From positions 90,001-122,000 of the forward strand of contig CP188087.1 of the NCBI GenBank assembly GCA_049942775.1: 32,000 nucleotides of DNA, given 5' to 3'. The position numbers and the translations under genes were made by a program. Of this stretch, positions 18,812-29,493 are shown piece after piece (within the stretch, counting starts at the first letter, position 1; every line of letters begins with the position of its first letter). This DNA is from Candidatus Saccharimonadota bacterium (GTDB lineage: Bacteria > Pseudomonadota > Gammaproteobacteria > Enterobacterales > Enterobacteriaceae). The notes under the pieces were generated by a model that saw only the letters and a program-made list of their open reading frames with translations, was not told where the DNA came from and made no database searches.

Positions 18812-19186
18812 TTATTTTATATTAAAACTTTTCCCACAACCACAAAAGTTTTCTATTTTTGGATGTTCAAATTTAAATATTTTATTAATTCCATCCTGTA
18901 CATAATCTATTTTCAATCCATGAATCATTTGTATATTTTCTATAGGTATAGAAATAACAAAATTTGAATAATTAAAAGTTAAATCTTGTTTTTTTTTTCT
19001 AAATATTGTTTTTAAGTAATATTTAAATCCAGCACAACCAGATTTTTTAATATTAATTCTAACCCCCATACTTTTTTTTTTAGAAATTAGTTTATTAATT
19101 TGTTGTTCAGCATTTTTAGTAATTTTTATATTATTATTATTTTCATTTGAATTTATTAAAAATAATGTATTATTTTTATTTTTCAT
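18812..19186 (-). CDS. sufA: A-type iron-sulfur cluster carrier (HesB/IscA/SufA family; closest to SufA by my recollection)
   Basis: 124 aa. It has the three conserved cysteines, in SGCAGFKY and the C-terminal CGCGKSF. The tail INKIFKFEHPKIENFCGCGKSF resembles E. coli SufA [22 protein letters not shown] more than IscA or ErpA. The family call is firm; the paralogue assignment is less so. Confidence 0.8.
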   Translation of the reverse strand: MKNKNNTLFLINSNENNNNIKITKNAEQQINKLISKKKSMGVRINIKKSGCAGFKYYLKTIFRKKKQDLTFNYSNFVISIPIENIQMIHGLKIDYVQDGINKIFKFEHPKIENFCGCGKSFNIK

Positions 19187-20239
19187 AAAATTTTATAAAA
19201 ATGTTATTAGTTTTTAAAGTTAATTAATCATCATTAGATGATAATATCATATCATTTTTTTATTTAAATTTTTACTTTTTTTAAATATTTTTTAGATTAT
19301 ATAATAAATTTATTTTTTATTGTTTTTTTTAGTCATTTCTTAGTTTAAAAAAGTTTAGCAATATACAAAAATTATTTAATGATAAAAATTTTCAATAAAC
19401 ATTATAAGATTACATTGTTTAAATTATGACAAAATTTTCAATATTAATTTTATTAGTTTTTTTGAGTTTTATTATTCGTGATTTTAACTAATTTATAAAA
19501 ATTAAAGATTTAACTTTTAATTTTTAATTTTGATGTTGTTTTGTTTAATTTTATTTTTTAATTTAGAAAAAAATCTTTTTAATTAATCATTTATATTTTG
19601 ATATATAAAATATTTAAAAAAATTTTTTAAAAATTATGTTTTGATTTTTAAAAATTTGTTTTATTAAAAATAGATTTATTTTTCTACTAAATTTTATATC
19701 ATTTGTATTAAATACTTTAGAAACATTAAGATAATTAAATATTAATTTATTTTTTATATTTGATTTATAAGGTTTTGTTTAGTATTTTGTTATCAATAAA
19801 AAAAGAATATTATTCTAATGCAGTTATTTTTTTAATAAGTTAAATTAGTAAATAAAATTTTTTTAAATTAATTTATTTTTTAAAGTTAAAGTAAACATAG
19901 TTTTTACTATTTTTAAAAAAAATATTTATAGAAGATAAAAAAATATATTTTTTTATTATTTTAAAAAATTTGTTTTTTAAAATCTATAAAGATTATTTGT
20001 AAACAAACCTTTATTTAGCATTATTTTTAAAGTAGCTTTAATTTTTTAATATTGTTTTAAACTATAACATTATAAATTAATTATTATTACGAAATATCTT
20101 TATAAGTACATAAAAATTCATATGAATGTGGTGGTTTTAGAAAGGTTTTTTAAAAATATTTAACTAAAAATGATTTATTAAAAATTGTTTAAAAAAAAAT
20201 AAAAAAATTAGATGAAAAATATAAATTATAGAGAGCAAT

Positions 20240-21289
20240 ATGAAAAAAACAGATGAATTGCGTACAGTCAGAATAGATCCATTGATTACTCCATTAGAAT
20301 TGGCAAGAAAATATCCAATTACTCCAGAAATTATGGACAATGTAATTTTAGCTAGGAATAATATAGCAAAGATTATTACAGGTGAAGATAAACGATTGCT
20401 AGTAGTTATTGGTCCTTGTTCAGTACACGATCCTATAGCAGCTATGGAATATGCTCATAATTTAAATAATTTAAGAAATAAATATAAGGATCGTTTAGAG
20501 ATTATCATGAGAACTTATTTTGAAAAACCTAGAACTGTCGTCGGTTGGAAAGGATTAATTGCTGATCCAGATTTAAATGGTAGTTTTAGAGTTAATCACG
20601 GTTTATCGGTTGCTAGAAAACTATTATTAGATATCAATGCTATAGGAATGCCAGCTGCAACGGAATTTTTAGATATGGTAATAGGTCAGTTTATAGCTGA
20701 TTTAATTAGTTGGGGTGCAATAGGTGCAAGAACTACTGAAAGTCAAATTCATAGAGAAATGGCTTCAGCATTATCTTGTCCAGTTGGATTTAAAAATGGT
20801 ACTGATGGTAACATTAATATTGCTATTGATGCTATTAGGGCAATTAAAGAAAGACATTTATTTTTAGCTCCAAATAAAAATGGACAAATGACTATTAATC
20901 ATACTAGTGGAAATCCTTATAGTCATATAATTATGAGGGGAGGAAAAAAACCCAATTATCATTTTTCTGATATTTCATGTGCTATTAAAAAACTAAAGGA
21001 ATTTTCTTTAAATGAATATTTAATGGTCGATTTTAGTCATGGAAATTCTTTGAAACAACATAAATTACAAAAGAAGGTTTCTTCTTCTATATCCAAACAA
21101 ATAAAAAATGGTAATAGTAGTATTGCTGGAGTAATGATTGAAAGTTTCTTAGTAGAAGGTACACAAATAGTTACTGGAAACAAAAAACAGTTGGTTTATG
21201 GAAAATCTATTACCGATTCTTGTTTAAATTGGTTAGATAGTGAAATTATTTTAGAAGAATTATCTTGTGCAATAGATGCTCGTTTTTAG
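20240..21289 (+). CDS. aroH: 3-deoxy-7-phosphoheptulonate (DAHP) synthase, AroH type
   Basis: 349 aa, very close to E. coli AroH: TDELRT.RI, KRLLVVIGPCSVHD, MRTYFEKPRTVVGWKGLI.DPDLNGS, IADLISWGAIGARTTESQIHREMASALSCPVGFKNGTDGN, and the C-terminus DARF. Confidence 0.95.
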   Translation: MKKTDELRTVRIDPLITPLELARKYPITPEIMDNVILARNNIAKIITGEDKRLLVVIGPCSVHDPIAAMEYAHNLNNLRNKYKDRLEIIMRTYFEKPRTVVGWKGLIADPDLNGSFRVNHGLSVARKLLLDINAIGMPAATEFLDMVIGQFIADLISWGAIGARTTESQIHREMASALSCPVGFKNGTDGNINIAIDAIRAIKERHLFLAPNKNGQMTINHTSGNPYSHIIMRGGKKPNYHFSDISCAIKKLKEFSLNEYLMVDFSHGNSLKQHKLQKKVSSSISKQIKNGNSSIAGVMIESFLVEGTQIVTGNKKQLVYGKSITDSCLNWLDSEIILEELSCAIDARF

Positions 21290-21701
21290 TTTTTTGCAGA
21301 ATTATTATTTTCTAGATAGTACAAGTTAAATTTATTTAAATTTAATTTGTATATTATAAGTTAAAATTTTAAAAAATTTAAATAATTTGTTTTTTATTTT
21401 TATATAAAGTATATATATTAAAAATATAATTTGTTTTTTTTGTTTTGTGTCTTTTATTGTATATTTTTTTTATTTACAGTATTGTATGTAAAAACCAATA
21501 ATGTTCTATCTGAAATTAAGATATAAAAATTATTTTTTTTTTGATATTATTTATCAAATAAAAATAATTTTTATTATTTAAATAATATTTTGTGAAAAAT
21601 AATCAAAAATTTATTTTTGATTTTTTTATAAAAAAACAAATTTTATAAAGTTATATAATTTTCAAATAAAATATAGAAATTATTCTTTCTAAATAATATT
21701 A

Positions 21702-22958
21702 ATGGGAATAATGTTGAAACAAAAAAATAAAAATATAATTTTGGATCGAAACAGAGATCATCGAATTATTGGAAAAAAGTTAAATTTTTATCATATCAAT
21801 GATAATTCTCCAGGAATGGTTTTTTGGCATTCGGATGGATTGATCATTTTTAGATTACTAAAAGATTTTATTAGAAAAAAATTATTAGAACATAACTATA
21901 GAGAAGTACAAACACCAATACTATTGGATGAAATAATTTGGAAAAAAAGCGGTCATTGGGAAAATTATAAAAATTCAATATTTACAACTGCTTCAGAAAA
22001 TAGGAAATATTGTATTAAACCAATGAATTGTCCTGGTCATGTAGAAATATTTAATCAAGGTTTAAAATCTTATAAAGATCTTCCTTTTAGAATTTCTGAG
22101 TTTGGTAGTTGTCATAGAAAAGAACCATCGGGTTCCATGCATGGTTTAATGAGAGTTCGGTATTTTACTCAAGATGATGCTCATATATTTTGTAGTGAAG
22201 AACAAGTTCAAAATGAAATAGAAACTTGTATTATGATGATTTTTGATATTTATAAGATATTTGGATTTAAAGAAATTTATTTAAAATTATCAACTAGACC
22301 AATAAATAGAATTGGTTCAAATGAAAATTGGGATCGTGCTGAACTAGACTTATTACAAGTATTAGAGAGGAATAACTTAAAATTTGAATATCAATCTGGT
22401 GAAGGAGCTTTTTATGGTCCTAAAATTGAATTAATTTTAAAAGATTCTTTAAATCGAATGTGGCAATGTGGAACTATTCAGTTAGATTTTTATTTATCCA
22501 GTAAATTAAATTCTTTTTATATAAATAAAAAAAATCAAAAAAAAAATCCAATTATTATTCATCGAGCAATTTTAGGTTCAATTGAACGTTTTATTGGTAT
22601 TTTAATTGAAGAATATTCAGGATATTTACCTACTTGGTTATCTCCATTACAAATTGTTGTTATTAGTGTCAATCCAATTCATTCGAATTATGTGGAAAAG
22701 TTAAAAAATAAAATATTTAATTTAGGAATTCGTGTAAAATCAGATGTTAGAAACGTAAAAATAAATATAAAAATTAGAAATTACACGATTTCTCGAATAC
22801 CATATATTTTTATATGTGGTGATAAAGAAATAAAAACATCTAAGGTAACTGTAAGGACTAGATTAGGTAAAAATTTTGATCTTGTAGATTTTAATAGTAT
22901 TATTAAGAAAATACAATTTGAGATATTTACTTATAGTAATCATTGTTTGGAGGAATAA
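21702..22958 (+). CDS. thrS: Threonyl-tRNA synthetase, N-terminally truncated (catalytic and anticodon-binding domains only)
   Basis: 418 aa. It starts at ...DRNRDHRIIGKKLNFYH, which aligns with E. coli ThrRS residues of about 225 onward (...AKRDHRKIGKQLDLYH). It is colinear from there to the shared C-terminus ...LEE. Class II motifs and putative Zn ligands are retained (KPMNCPGH, FTQDDAHIF, IIHRAILGS). An in-frame TAA lies 4 codons upstream of the ATG. Confidence 0.9.
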   Translation: MGIMLKQKNKNIILDRNRDHRIIGKKLNFYHINDNSPGMVFWHSDGLIIFRLLKDFIRKKLLEHNYREVQTPILLDEIIWKKSGHWENYKNSIFTTASENRKYCIKPMNCPGHVEIFNQGLKSYKDLPFRISEFGSCHRKEPSGSMHGLMRVRYFTQDDAHIFCSEEQVQNEIETCIMMIFDIYKIFGFKEIYLKLSTRPINRIGSNENWDRAELDLLQVLERNNLKFEYQSGEGAFYGPKIELILKDSLNRMWQCGTIQLDFYLSSKLNSFYINKKNQKKNPIIIHRAILGSIERFIGILIEEYSGYLPTWLSPLQIVVISVNPIHSNYVEKLKNKIFNLGIRVKSDVRNVKINIKIRNYTISRIPYIFICGDKEIKTSKVTVRTRLGKNFDLVDFNSIIKKIQFEIFTYSNHCLEE

Positions 22959-22961
22959 AGA

Positions 22962-23501
22962 ATTAAAGTCGGACGAAGAATTCATACAATACATCCTAAT
23001 CGTATTAATACAGAAATTAAATCAGTAGAAGTAAGATTAACTGGATTAAAAGGCGAACAATTTGGAATTGTTACTTTAAAGAAAGCTTTAAATATAGCTA
23101 TGGAACAAGATTTAGATTTGGTAGAAATTAGTCCAAACGCAAAACCTCCTGTTTGTCGTATTATGGACTATGGTAAGTTTCTTTATGAAAAAAGCAAACA
23201 TTTTAAGGAACAAAAGAAAAAACAAAAAATTATTCATGTTAAAGAAGTTAAATTTAGACCTGGAACAGAGAAAAGTGATTATCAAGTAAAATTAAGAAAT
23301 TTAGTTCGATTTCTAAATGATGGTAATAAAGTTAAAATAACTTTAAGATTTCGTGGTAGAGAAATGGCTCATCAAGGAATAGGTATGAATATTTTATATA
23401 GAATAAAACAAGATTTAAGTACTATTTCCATAGTTGAAAGTTTTCCTGTTAAAATTGAAGGAAGACAAATGATAATGATTTTATCTCCTAAGAAAAGATA
23501 G
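22962..23501 (+). CDS. infC: Translation initiation factor IF-3, with an ATT start codon
   Basis: The ORF track only calls 23100..23501 (133 aa). The frame is open back to an ATT at 22962, which is 3 nt after the thrS TAA. The extension [42 protein letters not shown] aligns with the E. coli IF3 N-terminus (...[33 protein letters not shown]). GGAGG at 22949..22953 lies 8 nt upstream. E. coli infC also uses AUU. Confidence 0.9.
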   Translation: MKVGRRIHTIHPNRINTEIKSVEVRLTGLKGEQFGIVTLKKALNIAMEQDLDLVEISPNAKPPVCRIMDYGKFLYEKSKHFKEQKKKQKIIHVKEVKFRPGTEKSDYQVKLRNLVRFLNDGNKVKITLRFRGREMAHQGIGMNILYRIKQDLSTISIVESFPVKIEGRQMIMILSPKKR

Positions 23502-23571
23502 TTTGAAATATAAAATATACACATATGTTTAGTTATTTTATTTATTTTTATTTTAGAAGGATTTACTTATT

Positions 23572-23769
23572 ATGTTAAAAATGAAAACGTTGCGTAGTGC
23601 AGCTAAGCGTTTTAAACGGATTTCATCTGGAAAATTTGTTAGAAGAAAATCTAATTTAAGACATTTATTAACTAAAAAAAGTAAAAAATATAAAAGACAT
23701 CTTAGATTAAAAATTATTATCTCTAAAGGTGATCAAAAAAAAGTAGTTTCTTTTTTTCCTTATAAATAA
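23572..23769 (+). CDS. rpmI: 50S ribosomal protein L35
   Basis: 65 aa. MLKMKTLRSAAKRFK...NLRHLLTKKS.K.KRHLR matches E. coli L35. Confidence 0.95.
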   Translation: MLKMKTLRSAAKRFKRISSGKFVRRKSNLRHLLTKKSKKYKRHLRLKIIISKGDQKKVVSFFPYK

Positions 23770-23820
23770 AAATTTATATTTTAGTGAATACTAAGTTAAA
23801 TTAAATAGGAGAGTGAGTTT

Positions 23821-24192
23821 ATGACTAGAGTAAAACGTGGAGTAACAGCAAATGCTCGTCATAAAAAAATTTTAAAAAAAGCAAAAGGATATTATGGAGC
23901 TAGGTCTCGTGTTTATAGAGTAGCTTATCAGGCAGTTGTAAAATCAGGTCAATATGCATATCGTGATCGCAGACAACGTAAAAGACAGTTTCGTAAACTA
24001 TGGATTTCGAGAATTAACGCAGCTGTACGAAATTTTGGATTATCTTATAGTAAGTTTATGTTTGGTTTAAAAAAAATATCAATTATTATAGATCGAAAGA
24101 TGTTATCAAATATTGCTTTTTCTGATTATTTTTCTTTTACAAAACTAGTAGAACAAGTTAAATTATTTTTAAATAAAAAAGATTTTATTTAA
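23821..24192 (+). CDS. rplT: 50S ribosomal protein L20
   Basis: 123 aa. [66 protein letters not shown] matches E. coli L20. An AGGAG Shine-Dalgarno sits at 23807..23811. Confidence 0.97.
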   Translation: MTRVKRGVTANARHKKILKKAKGYYGARSRVYRVAYQAVVKSGQYAYRDRRQRKRQFRKLWISRINAAVRNFGLSYSKFMFGLKKISIIIDRKMLSNIAFSDYFSFTKLVEQVKLFLNKKDFI

Positions 24193-24205
24193 ATTTATAG
24201 TGGGG

Positions 24206-24230
24206 GAGGATATGCACTTCCTCATTTTTT
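24206..24230 (+). terminator. Candidate terminator or attenuator-remnant hairpin after rplT
   Basis: GAGGA (24206..24210) pairs with TCCTC (24219..24223) around an 8-nt loop and is followed by ATTTTTT (24224..24230). It sits in a locally G-rich patch (GTGGGGGAGGA), which is unusual for this DNA. Confidence 0.5.
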
Positions 24231-24295
24231 GATGTATTTAGAAAATTTTTTTTTGTAGAATGTATTAAAAATCATGTTTTTTATTTGGAATAATT

Positions 24296-25297
24296 ATGCA
24301 AAAAATATATTTTTTAAGAGATTCAATTGAATTGAAAATTAATAATTCAAAAGATTTAAATGAATTAGAAAAAATTAGAATTTTTTATCTAGGTAAAAAA
24401 GGATTTTTAAATAAACAAATAAAAAAATTATGTTCTATTAATAAAAAATCATTTGATCAAAAAAATAGTAATGATTTAAAAAAAATAATTTTAATGAATA
24501 GAATTAAAAATGATATTCAAAATAAAATAAGACACAAAAATAAGTCTTTAAAAGAAACATTATTTCAAGATTTTTTAAAAAAACAAAATTTAGATGTATC
24601 GTTGCCAGGATATAAAAATAGTTTAGGATCTATTCATCCTATAACTAAAACTATAAATCAATTAAAAGATTTTTTTTTTGGTTTAGGATTTGAACTTAAT
24701 CATGGTCCGGAAATTGAAGATAAATATCATAATTTTGATTCTTTAAACGTTCCTGATGATCATCCATCTCGTAGTAAACAGGATACTTTTTGGTTTGATT
24801 CACAATTTTTATTAAGAACACAAACTTCTAGTATGCAAGTTCGTTCTATGAAAAATAAAACTCCTCCTATTAGAATGATTATGCCTGGAAAAGTTTATAG
24901 AAACGATAATGATTATACTCATACTCCAATGTTTCATCAAATGGAAGGATTAGTTATTGACAAAAATATTAGTTTGTCTAATTTAAAATGGGTTATTGAA
25001 AAATTTATACAGTTTTTTTTTGGTAGAAATATAAAAATGCGATTTAGAAGTTCTTATTTTCCATTTACAACTCCTTCTATGGAAGTAGATATAAAAATGT
25101 ATAATAATAAATGGATTGAAGTACTAGGTTGTGGAATGGTACATCCAAATGTTTTAAAAACATTAAATGTTGATTTTGAAAAATATTTAGGATTTGCTTT
25201 TGGAATTGGAATAGAAAGAATTGCTATGATAAAATATGAAATAAAAGATATTAGGTCTTTTTTTGAAAATGATATTAGATTTCTTAAGCAATTTTAA
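24296..25297 (+). CDS. pheS: Phenylalanyl-tRNA synthetase alpha subunit
   Basis: 333 aa. Motifs: HPIT.TI, GPEIEDKYHNFDSLN.P..HPSR, LLRTQTS, PPIRMI.PGKVYRND, HTPMFHQMEGL, FRSSYFPFTTPS, GCGMVHPNVL, and the C-terminus FENDIRFLKQF. Confidence 0.96.
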   Translation: MQKIYFLRDSIELKINNSKDLNELEKIRIFYLGKKGFLNKQIKKLCSINKKSFDQKNSNDLKKIILMNRIKNDIQNKIRHKNKSLKETLFQDFLKKQNLDVSLPGYKNSLGSIHPITKTINQLKDFFFGLGFELNHGPEIEDKYHNFDSLNVPDDHPSRSKQDTFWFDSQFLLRTQTSSMQVRSMKNKTPPIRMIMPGKVYRNDNDYTHTPMFHQMEGLVIDKNISLSNLKWVIEKFIQFFFGRNIKMRFRSSYFPFTTPSMEVDIKMYNNKWIEVLGCGMVHPNVLKTLNVDFEKYLGFAFGIGIERIAMIKYEIKDIRSFFENDIRFLKQF

Positions 25298-25315
25298 ATA
25301 AAAAGGTTTTTTTAA

Positions 25316-27787
25316 ATGAAATTTAGTGAAGAATGGCTGAGAAAATGGATTAATTATCCAAAAATAACAACTAACGAACTTTGCAATAAATTGTCTAATT
25401 GCGGTATAGAAGTTGATTTTGTAAAACCTATTATTTCTAGTGTTTTTCGAGGAGTAGTAGTAGGAAAGATAGTTAATGTTGTTCCTCATTGTAAATCAGA
25501 AAAATTATTTGTATATGAAGTTGATATAGGTTTTAGGATAAATTATCAAATTATAAGTAGTTTTTCTAATATTACAAAAAATACAAGGGTAGCAATAGCA
25601 TTAAAAGGATCAATTATATTTAAATATAAAATTAAACAAATCCGTGTTGATGCAATTTTTTTTAAAGGTATTCAGTCGGAAGGAGTTATTTGTTCTTTTT
25701 TAAATTTAGGTATAGAAAATAATAATAATGAAAAAGAAAAAGTAATATTTTCTAATGATGTTATATTAGGTGTCAATGTTAGAAAGTTATTTTCTAAATT
25801 TAATAATATAATTACTGTTTCTATCCCTCCCAACAGATCTGATTTATTATCCGTTTTTGGAATTGCTAGAGAATTATGTTTATTAAACCATGATTTAAAA
25901 CTTATTGATCATAGTAATAAAATCGTAAAATCGAAATCAATAAATAAAAAATTAAATATAAATTTTTTTACTAATGATGTAATTCCAATAAAATATATTG
26001 GAAGAATTATTAAAAATATTAAAATTAATGATAAAACAACAATTCCTTTTTTAATAAAAGAACGATTACGGCAATCTTCTAATTCATTTTTCGGAAAAGG
26101 AATTATAAATGATTTTATTAATTATGTAATGTTAGAATTTAATCAAATTGTACATATTTTTGACGCAGATAAAATATTATTTAAAGATATGTGTATAAAA
26201 ATGTCTAATCCTAATGATTTTTTTTATTCAAATACAAAAATAGATATTTTTGATAATAACAGCGTTATTATTTCTGATAAAAAAAATAAGATATTGTCGT
26301 TATATGGTTTAGAAAATTCTGATTTTACTAAAGTTTCTTCAAAAACAAAAAATATATTTTTAGGATCTATTAATTTTTATAAATTTAATGATTTTATTTA
26401 TTCTTTTAATCCAAAAATTGATACAAAAAATGATTTATTTATTCGTTTAAGAAAGGGATTAGATTATAAAATTCAAGAATTTGTTTTTGAACATGTTACT
26501 AAGATGTTCATTGATATATTAGGAGGTGAAGTTTCTGAAACAGTAATTATTAAAAAATTAAATAGGAATTTAAATTTTAATTATATTTCTTTAAGATATG
26601 TTAAAATTTCTAAAGTTCTAGGTTTTTTCATTAAAACAGATGACATTAATGACATTTTATTTCATTTAGGTTATAAAATAATTAAATATAAGAGGGAAAC
26701 TTGGTTATTAGAAGTTCCTACTTGGAGATTTGATATAAAAATTGAAGAAGATGTTATAGGAGATATTATAAGAGTTTATAACTATAAAAATATACCTTCA
26801 CTAACATTAAAAAAAAGTTGTTTGTTTAAATCAAATGTTCAGTACTTTGATTCTTGTTTAGAACGAATAAGGTTGTTATTAGTAGACAAAGGATATCATG
26901 AGGTAATTAATTACAGCTTTATTAATCCAGAAATTCAAAAAATGTTATTTTCAAATGAAAAATTTTTATATATAGAAAATCCAATATCGTTTGAAATGTC
27001 TGTCATGAGATCAACTTTATGGGTTGGTTTGTTAAATACTTTTTTATCTAATGAAAGTAGACAAGTTAAAACATCTCGTTTGTTTGAAATTGGAATGTGT
27101 TTTAATGAATTAGATAAAAAATTTAAATTTAAACAAAAAATTTTTATATCTGGATTATTAAATGAATTACCCAATACTATACATTGGAACAAAATAAAAA
27201 AAAGAAACGACTTCTATGATTTAAAAGGAGATGTTGAATCTATTTTTGAAATAATTGGAAATTCAGAAAATATTGTTTTTAAAAAAGAAAAGATCTCTTG
27301 CTTACATCCAGGAATGAGCGCTAGTATTTATGAACTAAATAAAAAAATTGGTAGAATTGGAGTATTACATCCTAAAATACAAAATAAATTAAATTTAAAA
27401 AATTCAGTTATTTTATTTGAGATTTTTTGTTTAAAATTTATTCGAAACAAAAATATATATAAAAAAATAAAGGAAATATCAATTTTCCCATCATCTCGTA
27501 GAGATATTTCCATTATTGTTGATGAAATAATACCAGTTTTTGATATAATTAGTTTTTGTAAAACAAATATTTCTAATTATATTGTTTCTGTAAAGTTATT
27601 TGATGTTTATATAGGTAAAAATATTTCAATTGGTAAAAAAAGTTTATCTTTAAGTTTTTTTTTGCATAGTGAAGAAAAAACTTTAAAAGAAAAAGATATA
27701 AATAAAATTATGAATACTTGTTTACTTAAATTAAAAACACAGTTTCAAGCTATTTTGAGAGATGGAATTTATGAAAGTATTAACTAA
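25316..27787 (+). CDS. pheT: Phenylalanyl-tRNA synthetase beta subunit
   Basis: 823 aa. [12 protein letters not shown] matches the E. coli PheT N-terminus. B3/4 and B5 regions are present ([31 protein letters not shown]), as is a C-terminal FDX-ACB-like domain ([12 protein letters not shown]). Confidence 0.94.
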   Translation: MKFSEEWLRKWINYPKITTNELCNKLSNCGIEVDFVKPIISSVFRGVVVGKIVNVVPHCKSEKLFVYEVDIGFRINYQIISSFSNITKNTRVAIALKGSIIFKYKIKQIRVDAIFFKGIQSEGVICSFLNLGIENNNNEKEKVIFSNDVILGVNVRKLFSKFNNIITVSIPPNRSDLLSVFGIARELCLLNHDLKLIDHSNKIVKSKSINKKLNINFFTNDVIPIKYIGRIIKNIKINDKTTIPFLIKERLRQSSNSFFGKGIINDFINYVMLEFNQIVHIFDADKILFKDMCIKMSNPNDFFYSNTKIDIFDNNSVIISDKKNKILSLYGLENSDFTKVSSKTKNIFLGSINFYKFNDFIYSFNPKIDTKNDLFIRLRKGLDYKIQEFVFEHVTKMFIDILGGEVSETVIIKKLNRNLNFNYISLRYVKISKVLGFFIKTDDINDILFHLGYKIIKYKRETWLLEVPTWRFDIKIEEDVIGDIIRVYNYKNIPSLTLKKSCLFKSNVQYFDSCLERIRLLLVDKGYHEVINYSFINPEIQKMLFSNEKFLYIENPISFEMSVMRSTLWVGLLNTFLSNESRQVKTSRLFEIGMCFNELDKKFKFKQKIFISGLLNELPNTIHWNKIKKRNDFYDLKGDVESIFEIIGNSENIVFKKEKISCLHPGMSASIYELNKKIGRIGVLHPKIQNKLNLKNSVILFEIFCLKFIRNKNIYKKIKEISIFPSSRRDISIIVDEIIPVFDIISFCKTNISNYIVSVKLFDVYIGKNISIGKKSLSLSFFLHSEEKTLKEKDINKIMNTCLLKLKTQFQAILRDGIYESIN

Positions 27788-28061
27788 ATCTGAAATATCA
27801 GAATTTTTATTTGAAAGTTCTGAACTAAATAAACGAGATTCAAAAGAATTGGTTGGATTGTTTTTTAAAGAATTAATTTTTTCTTTAGAAAAAGGAGAAT
27901 TTGTTAAGTTATCTGGATTTGGAAATTTTTATTTAAGAGACAAAAAATCTAGACCTGGAAGAAATCCTAAAACTGGGAAATTAGTGTCTATTAAAGCTCG
28001 TCGAGTTGTAGTTTTTAAAGCAGGTCAGAAGTTAAAAAATAGAATTGAAAAAATATATTAA
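27771..28061 (+). CDS. ihfA: Integration host factor alpha subunit
   Basis: [14 protein letters not shown]...[14 protein letters not shown]...[26 protein letters not shown]....I.ARRVV.FK.GQKLK.R matches E. coli IhfA. The ATG at 27771 fits the homologous N-terminus; an alternative ATG lies at 27762. It overlaps the pheT 3' end. Confidence 0.92.
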   Translation: MKVLTKSEISEFLFESSELNKRDSKELVGLFFKELIFSLEKGEFVKLSGFGNFYLRDKKSRPGRNPKTGKLVSIKARRVVVFKAGQKLKNRIEKIY

Positions 28062-28158
28062 CACATAAAAATTATAAAGTACTAATAAAACTTATCAGTG
28101 GTTTTTTTAAATTGTGAATATTTTATTTATTTAAAATAGTTTAAATTTTAAAAAATAA

Positions 28159-29334
<1,176 letters not shown>

Positions 29335-29493
29335 ATTTTGAAATTTATAAAATAGATTTGTTTGTAACACTTTCACTAATTGAATTTTCACCACTTTGGA
29401 TTATTATTAGTGGCAAAAATATTTTTTCTAATTTATATTTTCTTAATGTTTTTTTTAAAAGATTTTTTAAATGTTAATTTTAAATTTCAATTT

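Noticed and set aside
19426-19491. 21-codon hydrophobic mini-ORF (MTKFSILILLVFLSFIIRDFN) in the 1-kb spacer, resembling a small membrane peptide.
   Set aside because: It has no Shine-Dalgarno sequence upstream. T-rich DNA produces F/I/L-rich peptides by chance, and nothing else supports it. It is worth checking only if Ribo-seq data exist.
21340-21372. Partial resemblance of TTGTATATTATAAGTTAAAAT to the right half of the E. coli dif site.
   Set aside because: The left arm does not match at all, and the similarity is confined to generic A+T-rich sequence.
29380-29425. CCACT...AGTGG inverted repeat in the convergent tgt/glyS spacer, considered as a bidirectional terminator or small RNA.
   Set aside because: It has only 5 bp of stem, a 13-nt loop and no adjacent T-tail on either strand.
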